Assembly (NCBI GenBank): GCA_038128265.1
Contig: JAYPJE010000005.1
Span: forward strand, 23,489 to 87,488
Reading direction: 5' to 3'
Source: Gemmatimonadota bacterium
GTDB lineage: Bacteria > Latescibacterota > UBA2968 > UBA8231
DNA: 64,000 bases
Position 1 is the stretch's first letter. Every line of letters begins with the position of its first letter. The notes under the pieces are model-generated. The model did not search any database. It was given only the letters and a program-made list of their open reading frames with translations, and was not told the DNA's origin. Positions 35,523-44,857 of the stretch are shown here, piece by piece. The position numbers and the translations under genes are program-made.

Positions 35523-38252
35523 ATGAAACCTCCGCTGCACAGATGGGCTGTTGGCTTTCTCATCGCGCTCTTCTTCGCTCCTGCTGCCGTCGCTCAATCG
35601 ATACAGGTCACACCCGGCACGCTGCGCATGCAGCCCACCGCACCGGGCGTTCCAATAGAGGCTGAACTTCAGCTGAGAAACGTCGAAGACGAGGCCATCG
35701 AAGTAATCGTCCGCGTGCCGCAGGGGCCATTCTCCACACCAGCAGATACGCTACGGATAGCGGCCGGATCACAGCAGCCGATACCCATCGTCTTTGCCGC
35801 ATCGTCCATCGGTGCATACGAAGAGGCCCTAACGCTACAGACCCGTGGCTTTTTCAAGGGCGAAGACCAGGTGATTCCACTGCGTGCCAGCGTCGTTCAG
35901 GCACAGCTCGCCGCGCTACCCGCCGACTCGCTCACTTTTGAACCCATGGATTTAGGCCAGACCAGTGAGGCCTTTTTCGCCCTGAAAAACGTCGGTGACG
36001 TAGCGGTGCGCATCGATAGTGTGCACTGGATGCAGACCCCAACGCCTTTCGTCCTGGTCGGCGATGTGCCGACCGTTCTCCGTCCCGGACAGCAGGTTGA
36101 ACGGGCCATTCACCTGCGCGCCAAGCGCGGCGGACTGTATTCCAACGCGCTGCGCATTACCTCGCCGGACCACCCACCTCTGCAACTCGATGTGAGCGCC
36201 CGCGTGCGCGCGCCGAGTGCGGCAGTATCTCCTCTGCCAGAGGTCGGCGCGGCGTATCAGACCGTCGATATCGGACAAAGCGTCACGCGCACAATCACCG
36301 TTCTCAATCGCGGCGATGCCGACCTGCAGATCAAATCGGCCGAAGTGACAGGCAGTGGTTTTCTGCCCCCAGCCAACCTGCTGCCAGCCAAGCTGTCACC
36401 GGACGAGCGCCTGGAGGTCGCCGTGCGCTTTCAGCCAAAAATTGAAGGCGCCGCACTGGGCCAGCTGCGTCTGCAAACCAGCGACCCGGAAGCGGCAGAC
36501 CTGCACATCCCCCTGCGTGGAGAAGGCCAGATCAGCCCGCCGCGCATCGAAGTGCTCAATGGCACTGGTATCCACTTTGGCAGCGTGCCACTGGGCCAGA
36601 CACAGCGCGACCACATCCTGCTGTGGAACCGCGGAGGAAGCCCCTATACGGCGCGGTTGGACCTGCGCGAAGACTACGGTGCAGAATTTGAGCTGGGCAA
36701 CGGTGCACTGCTGCTACAGCCAGGAGAAAGTGGCAAGATAGCGCTCGATTTCTCGCCCAAGGAAATCGGTCTGCGCCAAGCAGCACTCGGCATCTCCACC
36801 GAAGACGGTGAGCGCTCGCTGCGCCTGCAGGGCATCGGACAGTTTCTCAAGCTCAGCCCTGCCACCGTCGACTTTGGTCAGATTGCCGTCGGCGAGACCA
36901 GCAGTCAGATCGTTGAGCTGGCCAACATCGGCAACGCAGACCTCACCATCAACCGCATCCGTTCGACGAGCGAAGACTTTACGCTGTATACGCAAATTGA
37001 TCCAGCAGACCGCCTAATTCTACCGGCCAACAGCTTGCGCACGCTGCCTGTGCACATCGCCTTCAATCCCTCTTCGCGCGGCACCATTTCCGGCAACCTG
37101 CGCATCGACGGCTTCTGGGAGGAGGGCACGGAAACGCTGGATGTACTGCTTAACGGCACCGGCGTGGCCGCCGAAATCGAGATTAATCCGACGGGCGTCA
37201 TTGACTTTGGCTACGTCGTGCTCGGCAATACGGAAGAGCGCACGCTGGTCGCGACCAATTCGGGCGACACCACGCTGCAGGTCGAAGCACACCCGGAAAC
37301 ACCCGAAGTCCGCGTCGATCCCACGCACTTTTCGCTGGGTCCGGGTGAATCGACGCGCCTGCAGGTATTTTTTAGCCCGCAAGCGCTAGGCGAACGACTC
37401 GGGCGCGTGCTGTTGGTGAGCAACGACGTAAAAGACAAGGCCAGACCGCTGACATTTAAGGGCCAGGGCGCGCTAGAAAATATCGACCTAGCCAGCATTA
37501 CTCGCCTTATTGCAACGCGCAAAGAGCAGGCCCAGCCCCTAGCGGTTGGGTGGAACAGCACGCCGGTTGTGCAAAAAGACGAGACCAAAATCGACGTCGC
37601 CTTTGACATGCCCGACTCGCTGCGCCAGGCGCTGGTCGGCCGCGAGTTCACCATAGAGTGGACAACGCTCGACGCCAACTACGACCCCAAAGGAGGCACC
37701 AAACAGACCTCGGTCAAAATCTACGACTCCAGCGAGGGCCGCGTCTTAGCCGAAGACATCAACCTGCGCCTATTGGAAAAAGACACGCGGCGAGTGCGTT
37801 TGAAAATTACTACACGCAGCTATCCGGGCGCGCCGCCCCAGAGCATTAGTCAGGTGCTACAGGCCGGTGGGTGGAAGTGGGAATTCGAGGCAAAGCCCCT
37901 GCTGTCTTTTTTAACTATACGGCCGGGACGCGACTACAAAGATGCGCAGGGCGAGCCCGTAAAAGGCAAGACAGAGCGCCTTATTGGGCTCCCGGGACTG
38001 GCTTTTGCCGGATGGCACAACGTCGACAACCCCTCGATTTCGGGCATCCACTTTACGGCCATTGGCAACGTATTGGAAGCGCTTTCTACGGAGAATTCGC
38101 TGGCTGTTTCGCTGGGGCTAGCCGTCTCTTTCTACAAAGACCAGTTTCTTTTTGGCTTTGGCTGGGACGTATACGACACGCGTCCCAAGAACAAGCGCAA
38201 AGGATCGCAGGACTACATCATGACCTTCAAGTATTCGGGCCTGTTTAAGTAG
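35523..38252 (+). CDS. Large secreted protein with six tandem ASH / choice-of-anchor D Ig-like domains
   Basis: Signal peptide; six ~100-aa repeats (FG.V..G......L.N.G...L...L.PGE...V.F.P...G...L.......L.G.G); unique C-terminal domain. Confidence 0.82.
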   Translation: MKPPLHRWAVGFLIALFFAPAAVAQSIQVTPGTLRMQPTAPGVPIEAELQLRNVEDEAIEVIVRVPQGPFSTPADTLRIAAGSQQPIPIVFAASSIGAYEEALTLQTRGFFKGEDQVIPLRASVVQAQLAALPADSLTFEPMDLGQTSEAFFALKNVGDVAVRIDSVHWMQTPTPFVLVGDVPTVLRPGQQVERAIHLRAKRGGLYSNALRITSPDHPPLQLDVSARVRAPSAAVSPLPEVGAAYQTVDIGQSVTRTITVLNRGDADLQIKSAEVTGSGFLPPANLLPAKLSPDERLEVAVRFQPKIEGAALGQLRLQTSDPEAADLHIPLRGEGQISPPRIEVLNGTGIHFGSVPLGQTQRDHILLWNRGGSPYTARLDLREDYGAEFELGNGALLLQPGESGKIALDFSPKEIGLRQAALGISTEDGERSLRLQGIGQFLKLSPATVDFGQIAVGETSSQIVELANIGNADLTINRIRSTSEDFTLYTQIDPADRLILPANSLRTLPVHIAFNPSSRGTISGNLRIDGFWEEGTETLDVLLNGTGVAAEIEINPTGVIDFGYVVLGNTEERTLVATNSGDTTLQVEAHPETPEVRVDPTHFSLGPGESTRLQVFFSPQALGERLGRVLLVSNDVKDKARPLTFKGQGALENIDLASITRLIATRKEQAQPLAVGWNSTPVVQKDETKIDVAFDMPDSLRQALVGREFTIEWTTLDANYDPKGGTKQTSVKIYDSSEGRVLAEDINLRLLEKDTRRVRLKITTRSYPGAPPQSISQVLQAGGWKWEFEAKPLLSFLTIRPGRDYKDAQGEPVKGKTERLIGLPGLAFAGWHNVDNPSISGIHFTAIGNVLEALSTENSLAVSLGLAVSFYKDQFLFGFGWDVYDTRPKNKRKGSQDYIMTFKYSGLFK

Positions 38253-39216
38253 CGTTCTGCGTCTTCCAGCCTTCGTAAATCATCGCCGCAGCGCACAGGT
38301 CCTGCACCGCCAACCCAGTCAAGTAGGCGCATGCGCGCGGCCTGCCGGCTCGGCCCAAGGCCGCATCGCCTATCGTCAGCGCATCCCCGCTTTCTCCGCG
38401 CATCAGGTCGATGCGCTCTAGCTGCTGCTGCGCGCGCGCCCAGCGAAACTCACCCGACTTTTCCGCCTGTTCCCACAGGTCGACCAAAACCGGTCGCCTC
38501 TCCAGCACCGCGCTCTCCACCTGGCGCGTCCGGCTGTCTCCCCCCATAACGACGAGATAGTCGATCTCTTCTACCGACTGCACCCCGACGATAGGCTCCG
38601 GCGTAGGCACGGCCATTAATAGCGCATCGACATCGCGCATACATTCGCCCTGGGTGGCAACCATATTCAGTGGGGCGCGCATCTCAGAGCCCACATCGCG
38701 TGCAAACGCATCGCGGTTTTCCGCACGGCGACTGGTGCAGCGGACCTCCTGCAAGTCGAATAGCCCATCGCAGGCCAGCGTCAGGGCACGTGCGACGCGC
38801 CCCGTGCCTAAAAGGGCGATGCGACGAATCGGCCTAGTCGCAATATACTGGAGCGCCAGGGCGCCAGCGGCCCCCGTGCGCATATCCGTTATATGACCGG
38901 CATCAAGGCGCACCGCATTGTCTCTAACCAGGTCGCGCAGTTCGATATAGGCTTCGCGCCGAGCCAGCTGTCCGCTAGACACGTCGGAAAATTCTTCAAT
39001 GCGCTTGCAGGCACTGTAGCGTCCTGGCCACTCGGCTGGCATGACCAGGCTGAAGTGATCCATACCGCGCTGGCGATCGACGTGCTCTTCCCGCAGGGGA
39101 TTGCTCAACGTAGCGTCGCCAAAGAGCTGGAACGCCTGGCTACAGCACGCTACGTAGTCGCTCATCGAAAATGCTTCAACAAAATCTTCTTCTCTAATCT
39201 CTACTGTGTTCGACAT
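38245..39216 (-). CDS. Ornithine cyclodeaminase / mu-crystallin family protein
   Basis: ITDMRTGAAGA, LLGTGRVA, GLAVQDL. Confidence 0.85.
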   Translation of the reverse strand: MSNTVEIREEDFVEAFSMSDYVACCSQAFQLFGDATLSNPLREEHVDRQRGMDHFSLVMPAEWPGRYSACKRIEEFSDVSSGQLARREAYIELRDLVRDNAVRLDAGHITDMRTGAAGALALQYIATRPIRRIALLGTGRVARALTLACDGLFDLQEVRCTSRRAENRDAFARDVGSEMRAPLNMVATQGECMRDVDALLMAVPTPEPIVGVQSVEEIDYLVVMGGDSRTRQVESAVLERRPVLVDLWEQAEKSGEFRWARAQQQLERIDLMRGESGDALTIGDAALGRAGRPRACAYLTGLAVQDLCAAAMIYEGWKTQNAT

Positions 39217-39560
39217 CTCTACCCGCTTGAATGTGGTCACCGCAAACTGGTCCTATCGAACCAACGACTAATCTAAGCACTCATCCCGACACGCCCACGA
39301 TCCGTTTTCGCAATCGCGCGTACTTCATCAATATTGCTGCAGGACAAAGTCCATTCCCTTGGTTCTAACCGCCGGTAGTGCGTCTATCAAACAGGTGCGG
39401 ACAACACGCCGTAAAACGCCGATAAGTGCCTTTTTTCACGGCCTATAGCGCCCGTCTGTAGTTGACTTAATCGCCCGTTTTCCATTCATTTAAAGCGTCT
39501 ATTTTGCTCGCGCACGGCGGTCCGTTTGGCCGCTGCGCTGGACGTGGGGAGCGCTCCCGA

Positions 39561-39998
39561 GTGCACGAAAAGATACTTTGGCTTTTGGCTGGGGCGACCG
39601 GCACCATCATTTTGGCTATCGCTGCTTGGCCAGAGTTTAGTTCCCGATCGATCGATCCCTCCGTCGCACCGCCTGTAGCAGCAGAACCCGCTCCTCTGCC
39701 GCAAGCCGTGCGCGTAGAAATTCTCAACGGCTGCGGCGTCTCCCAGGTAGCGGCGCGCCTGACGCGCCAAGCGCGCCAAGTTGGTTTGGACGTAATCCAC
39801 GAAGGTAATGCCGATCATTTTGGCTACCAGCACACGCTGGTCATACGCCGCGGCGGCGAGCGCCGGCACGCCGAGCAGGTTGCCGCTGTGCTCGGCATAC
39901 CGCACCTGATAGACCAGCAGATCGAACAGGATTTCCGCCTCGCGGATGTCACCATCATCATCGGCCGCGACTTTAAACGCATCAACCTATTTCGCTGA
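39561..39998 (+). CDS. LytR C-terminal domain-containing membrane protein
   Basis: One TM helix, then VEILNGCGVSQVA, GNAD, DVTIIIGRDF. Confidence 0.85.
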   Translation: MHEKILWLLAGATGTIILAIAAWPEFSSRSIDPSVAPPVAAEPAPLPQAVRVEILNGCGVSQVAARLTRQARQVGLDVIHEGNADHFGYQHTLVIRRGGERRHAEQVAAVLGIPHLIDQQIEQDFRLADVTIIIGRDFKRINLFR

Positions 39999-40028
39999 GA
40001 AATGGGTGAAAGGACGCCACCGCTTTTC

Positions 40029-40436
40029 ATGAAACACCACGAAGACCCGAGAATAGATCAGATCGTAGAAGTCCTGCAAGACAAGAAGGGCGTGGATATC
40101 CTACTGATGGACCTGCGCGGCCTTTCCGATGCCGCCGACTATTTTGTCCTCTGCACCGGCACGTCCGAACAACACGTGCGAACGCTGGCAGACGAGGTGG
40201 CCCAATCACTCAAAGAAGCCGGCGATCCGCCCTGGCATATCGAGGGCATGGCGACGCGCCGTTGGGTATTAGTCGACTTCGTCGATATCGTAGTCCATGT
40301 GTTCCGCCAAGAAGCGCGCGACTTTTACGCGTTAGAGCGCTTATGGGGGGATGCCAAATGCACGGAATTTGCCGATGCATGGGCAGCAGCACCGGTACGA
40401 GAGCAGCGCACGCCTTTTGAATTTTCCCAGTCCTAA
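40029..40436 (+). CDS. rsfS: Ribosome silencing factor RsfS
   Basis: DKKGVDI, DYFVLCTG, WVLVDFVDIVVHVF, RDFYALERLW. Confidence 0.96.
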   Translation: MKHHEDPRIDQIVEVLQDKKGVDILLMDLRGLSDAADYFVLCTGTSEQHVRTLADEVAQSLKEAGDPPWHIEGMATRRWVLVDFVDIVVHVFRQEARDFYALERLWGDAKCTEFADAWAAAPVREQRTPFEFSQS

Positions 40437-41488
40437 TGCCCGTTCAAACGCTAAAATGGCAGGATGATGCGCTCGTCCTGATCGATCAGACACAGCTACC
40501 TGAAGCGCTGGTGCACGAGACGTGCCGCGACGTCGAAAGCGTCGCTAGAGCAATCGAAATCCTCATGGTTCGCGGTGCACCCGCCATAGGGCTGGCCGCC
40601 GCATACGGCGTCGTCCTTGGCGCACGGGCCGCCGTCGACGACACAAAGGATGCATTCCGTGCGCGCGTCGCCGCATCCATCGAGCGCCTCGCGCGAACGC
40701 GCCCAACGGCCGTCAACCTGTTCTGGGCGTTGGAACAAATGGAAGGCGTGGCTAAGCGCTGCGCAGACCACGACAACGGCGCCGTCTGCGCACAGCTCCT
40801 ATCCACTGCCGATCGCCTGTTTGCCGAAGACCAAGCAATCTGCCGACAAATGGGCCACAACGGCGCCGACCTGCTGCCCGAGGAGGGCCACGTCATAACT
40901 CACTGCAACGCTGGGGGCTTGGCCACGGCGGACTACGGCACGGCCCTCGGCGTAATTTATGCCGCGCGCGAACAGGGAAAGCGCATCGCCGTATTTGCCG
41001 ATGAGACACGTCCCCTGCTACAGGGGTCGCGACTAACGGCCTGGGAACTGCAGCAGAGCGGCGTGCCGGTGCAGGTCATATGCGATAATATGGCCGCTTC
41101 CGTAATGCGCAAAGAGCGCATTGCCTGCTGTATCGTTGGCGCCGACCGCATCGCCGCCAACGGCGATGTCGCCAATAAAATTGGCACGTATGGACTGGCC
41201 ATTATCGCCAGGGAGCACGGCGTGCCCTTCTACGTTGCGGCACCCGTTTCTACGCTGGACGTAACCCTAGCCAGTGGCGATGAAATACCCATCGAGGAGC
41301 GCAGCGGAGACGAAATTCGCCGCGGCATGGGAAAGCTAACGGCCCCGGGCGATATCGAGGTGTACAATCCGGCTTTCGACGTAACGCCACACGAGCTTGT
41401 CAGTGCCATTATTTCCGAACGAGGCGTGGCGCGCTCGCCCTTCGAACCCACCCTGCGCGCCTGGGTATCGGACGCACAAAAAGCGTGA
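40436..41488 (+). CDS. mtnA: S-methyl-5-thioribose-1-phosphate isomerase
   Basis: MVRGAPAIG, RPTAVNL, THCNAGGLAT, DETRPLLQGSRLTAWEL, NKIGTY, NPAFDVTP. Confidence 0.96.
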   Translation: MPVQTLKWQDDALVLIDQTQLPEALVHETCRDVESVARAIEILMVRGAPAIGLAAAYGVVLGARAAVDDTKDAFRARVAASIERLARTRPTAVNLFWALEQMEGVAKRCADHDNGAVCAQLLSTADRLFAEDQAICRQMGHNGADLLPEEGHVITHCNAGGLATADYGTALGVIYAAREQGKRIAVFADETRPLLQGSRLTAWELQQSGVPVQVICDNMAASVMRKERIACCIVGADRIAANGDVANKIGTYGLAIIAREHGVPFYVAAPVSTLDVTLASGDEIPIEERSGDEIRRGMGKLTAPGDIEVYNPAFDVTPHELVSAIISERGVARSPFEPTLRAWVSDAQKA

Positions 41489-41513
41489 GGATTCGGCCTT
41501 GCCCCATTCCATA

Positions 41514-42419
41514 ATGCGTGAAAAAGCCCTATTGCTCGCAGTCGCGTTCTATCTGTGGGGCTGCGTCGGCACACCGGTGGCCGCGCCGCTGCCACCGGCG
41601 CGCGTAGCGGCACAGCCGCAGCCGCTGCGCGAAACCTTTGACCCAAATGTGCTGCGAGAAGACCTGCTCCTCATCCAACCCACTTTCGCGCGGGCGACGC
41701 TGCGATCGCTATGGCAGCCGCCAGGCGAAGCATTGCCCCCGGCCCCAGCGGAACCCTCCATATCCGACCAGCCGAGCGAAAGCACAAACGCCGCCAGCAG
41801 CGATACAGCAATGGCAGAAGTCACCGAGTTGAGCACCACGGTCTACAGGGTACAGCTGCTGGCGCTGAGCAACGAGTCTTCGGCCCAACAGCTGCGCGCC
41901 GAATTGGAGCAATCGCTCAGCGTCGCCGTTTACGCACACCAGCGCAACCAGCTGTTTATGCTCCAAGCCGGTGACTATCCCACCCGTGCTGGTGCCGAGT
42001 CGCTGCTGCGCCGCGTGACCCAGCTGGGATCGGACTACGGCGATGCCTACATCGTTTCCGTACAGCGTCGCGAAGAGCCGACCGCCTCTACACCGTCCGA
42101 CTTACCCTTGGCCACTAGCGACGACGCGCCGAGTGCACCGGCCGAACGCGGGAGCGCGGAAATGGTTCGCACCTTCGGCTGGCGCGTGCTATTAGACCAA
42201 TTTCTCTCGTATGAGGAAGCAGACCGCCTGCGGCGCAAAGCCATGGCGCGCCTGGATCGCAACGACATAGACGTGACCTTTAAGGCACCGTGGTATAAAG
42301 TTGAGGTCGGGCATTATGCCGACGAAATTGATGCGCAGGCCGCTGCCCAAGGGATTAAGTCGCGCTATCCCAACGCCCTCAAGGTCCGCTCTCAAATTCT
42401 CGTACCCAAGAAGGACTAG
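41514..42419 (+). CDS. SPOR domain-containing lipoprotein (two SPOR-like domains)
   Basis: Lipobox LWGC; YRVQLLA...GDYPTRAGAE; PWYKVEVGHY. Confidence 0.8.
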   Translation: MREKALLLAVAFYLWGCVGTPVAAPLPPARVAAQPQPLRETFDPNVLREDLLLIQPTFARATLRSLWQPPGEALPPAPAEPSISDQPSESTNAASSDTAMAEVTELSTTVYRVQLLALSNESSAQQLRAELEQSLSVAVYAHQRNQLFMLQAGDYPTRAGAESLLRRVTQLGSDYGDAYIVSVQRREEPTASTPSDLPLATSDDAPSAPAERGSAEMVRTFGWRVLLDQFLSYEEADRLRRKAMARLDRNDIDVTFKAPWYKVEVGHYADEIDAQAAAQGIKSRYPNALKVRSQILVPKKD

Positions 42420-42423
42420 CCCC

Positions 42424-44373
42424 ATGTTGGGCCCACGCATCTGGTGCAGCGTACTCGGCCTTCTACTAAGCACGTCCGCCTGTTCACTGTGGCAGGGACC
42501 GGCTCGGTCTATATCTCCTTCCACAGTGCATATCGAAGCCGATGCGGACGTAGAAGACCTAGCGCAAACGGGCGTGGATCTGCGCACGGCGCGGTGGTAC
42601 CTGCTGCGCGCGCAGGAGGCGCGCGCGCAGGGCCATGTAGATGCGGCTCAGGCCGACCTAGATCGGGCCTATCGCAATCTAGCCGAGCTCGAAGCCAGCG
42701 ACTCCGTCGACGATACGACGCGTAGCGCGCAGCTGGCCGCAGATATAGAGCAGGCGTACCTCGACTTACTGCCCGATTTAGAGCGTTTCTCACCGGACAG
42801 CCCGCTGGTATTGCTGCTCGAAGGCCTGTCAGAAGAGCGCATCGAAGACCTCTCCGACGACGCGTCCCAGCTAGTGCGCATCCACCAGCTGAGTCGACAT
42901 TGCGACATACCTATTGATGCCAACGGCCACGTGGCCGCCAGCATCCATTTCTTCCAGACGCGCGGTCGGCAAACCTATGCGACATGGGCGCGGCGCTCCG
43001 GGCGCTACCGCGCCATGATAGAGCGCGTGCTGCAGGCAGCGGACTTGCCGCAGGACCTGCTCTTTATCGCAATGATCGAGAGCGGCTTTAATCCCAACGC
43101 CTATTCGCGCGCGCGGGCCGTCGGTCTGTGGCAGTTTGTCGCCAGCACCGGGCAAATGGAGGGACTACAACAGACGCACTGGATTGATGAGCGCCGCGAC
43201 CCGGTAAAATCGACCCACGCCGCAGCGCGTCACTTGCAGAGCCTTTACAGTGAATTTGGCGATTGGCGACTTGCCTTGGCCGCCTATAATTCGGGTCGCG
43301 GGCGCGTGCGGCGCGCCATAGCCAAGGCCGGGACACGCGACTTTTGGCAGTTGGAGCTGCCCCGGGAAACGCGCAACTACGTTCCCCTCTTTATGGCAGC
43401 GGCCATCATTTCCAAAGACCCAGCCCTGTTTGGTTTTGAAGACATCGATTTTGATCCACCGTTCACCTACGATCAGGTCACGCTGCCGGCGACCTGGCCC
43501 TACGTAGATCTGCGCGCGGCGGCGCGCGCCATCGGCACGGACGAGTCAACGCTGCGCGCGCTCAACCCCGAACTGCGTCAATCGATCACACCTCCCGGCA
43601 CCAAATCACCCTACACCTTGCGCCTTCCCAAGGGTAGCGAGCGCACCTTTATAGATCGCTATGCCAGCCTACCTGCCGCACACAAGACCACCGTATACCA
43701 CTACGAGGTGCAGCAGCGCGACAATCTGTCGAGTATAGCCCAGACCTTCGGAGTCAGCACCCGCACGATCATTGCCGCCAATAGCCTGCAAAACCCCAAC
43801 CGCATCTACCCAGGCCAGCGCCTCTATATTCCCGCAGGGCCCAACGCTGCCGTCGATGCTGCAGGGGGCACACAGATAACCTATACCGTCCGTCGCGGCG
43901 ATGTCCTCAGTCGCATTGCCAATCGGCACGGCGTAGCGCTGCGCGACTTGATGCTTTGGAACAATCTGAAGAGTGGCCTGATCCGACCGGGGCAAAAGCT
44001 GACCATTTGGACGCAGCGCATACCGCGCACGCAGCCTGCACAAATCGTCCTCGATGCCAGCGGGCGCAAGACGCATACCGTTCAGCAGGGCGAAACGCTG
44101 TGGGGTATTTCGCGTCGCTTTGATATCAGCATAGAATCCCTGCAGGCGTGGAACGGCCTCAGCAATGCGCTGATCAAACCTGGGCAGGTACTGGTCGTTG
44201 GCGAAGAAGCCAAAACCGGTGGACAGTACACCGTCGTACAGGGGGATACGCTCTATAGCATCGCGCGCAAATTCGGCCTTCAGCCCGAAGACCTAGCGCG
44301 GCAGAACAATATCAGCCTAACGACGACGCTACTGACAGGCACTACGCTCAATATACCCACGGCTATCGACTAA
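42424..44373 (+). CDS. mltD: Membrane-bound lytic murein transglycosylase D (SLT domain plus four LysM domains)
   Basis: AMIESGF, AVGLWQF, AAYNSG, ETRNYVP; four LysM repeats (V..GD/ETL..IA). Confidence 0.9.
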   Translation: MLGPRIWCSVLGLLLSTSACSLWQGPARSISPSTVHIEADADVEDLAQTGVDLRTARWYLLRAQEARAQGHVDAAQADLDRAYRNLAELEASDSVDDTTRSAQLAADIEQAYLDLLPDLERFSPDSPLVLLLEGLSEERIEDLSDDASQLVRIHQLSRHCDIPIDANGHVAASIHFFQTRGRQTYATWARRSGRYRAMIERVLQAADLPQDLLFIAMIESGFNPNAYSRARAVGLWQFVASTGQMEGLQQTHWIDERRDPVKSTHAAARHLQSLYSEFGDWRLALAAYNSGRGRVRRAIAKAGTRDFWQLELPRETRNYVPLFMAAAIISKDPALFGFEDIDFDPPFTYDQVTLPATWPYVDLRAAARAIGTDESTLRALNPELRQSITPPGTKSPYTLRLPKGSERTFIDRYASLPAAHKTTVYHYEVQQRDNLSSIAQTFGVSTRTIIAANSLQNPNRIYPGQRLYIPAGPNAAVDAAGGTQITYTVRRGDVLSRIANRHGVALRDLMLWNNLKSGLIRPGQKLTIWTQRIPRTQPAQIVLDASGRKTHTVQQGETLWGISRRFDISIESLQAWNGLSNALIKPGQVLVVGEEAKTGGQYTVVQGDTLYSIARKFGLQPEDLARQNNISLTTTLLTGTTLNIPTAID

Positions 44374-44856
44374 ATGGATACCGCGCGCTACGCTTTGCTG
44401 CTGCTGCTGGCCTTTGCACTGCAAACGACTTGGCTTGAGTTTCTGGCGATTTCCTCGCTGAAACCCGATCTCGTATTGCTCGTCCTTATCTTTGCCGCGC
44501 TGCGCCAAGGCTCCACGCCGGCCACGCTACTGGGCTTTGCAGCGGGCCTGCTGCAGGACGCTTATATGCCCGCTGACTTCGGACTCAACGCGCTGTTAAA
44601 ATCCACCGTCGGCTTTGCGGTGGGCTACGGGCGCACGCGCGTGGTAGGCGACAGCGTACAGGTGCAGGTCGCGCTCGTCGTCGCGGCCGTTCTTGCACAC
44701 GATTTAGTCTATTACGTCGCTACAAGTGCCATTGCCCTGTCCGACGCGCCGTTTTTCTGGGTGCGCTACGGCATAGGACGCGCGCTCTATACGGGGCTAC
44801 TTGGCGCCGTTTTTTCTACCATCGCAATACTGCGCCAGCGAATCCTACCCGTATAG
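44374..44856 (+). CDS. mreD: Rod shape-determining protein MreD
   Basis: KPDLVL, GFAAGLLQD, FGLNAL; hydrophobic; directly upstream of mrdA. Confidence 0.88.
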   Translation: MDTARYALLLLLAFALQTTWLEFLAISSLKPDLVLLVLIFAALRQGSTPATLLGFAAGLLQDAYMPADFGLNALLKSTVGFAVGYGRTRVVGDSVQVQVALVVAAVLAHDLVYYVATSAIALSDAPFFWVRYGIGRALYTGLLGAVFSTIAILRQRILPV

Positions 44857-44857
44857 C

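Noticed and set aside
39399..39425. Sigma28 promoter (GCCGATAA at 39418)
   Set aside because: No TAAA-like -35 at the right spacing, and the downstream genes are not flagellar.
39509..39560. Two GC-rich hairpins upstream of the LytR_C gene as an ncRNA
   Set aside because: Short GC-rich hairpins with no terminator tract or known motif; cannot be told apart from chance 5' UTR structure.
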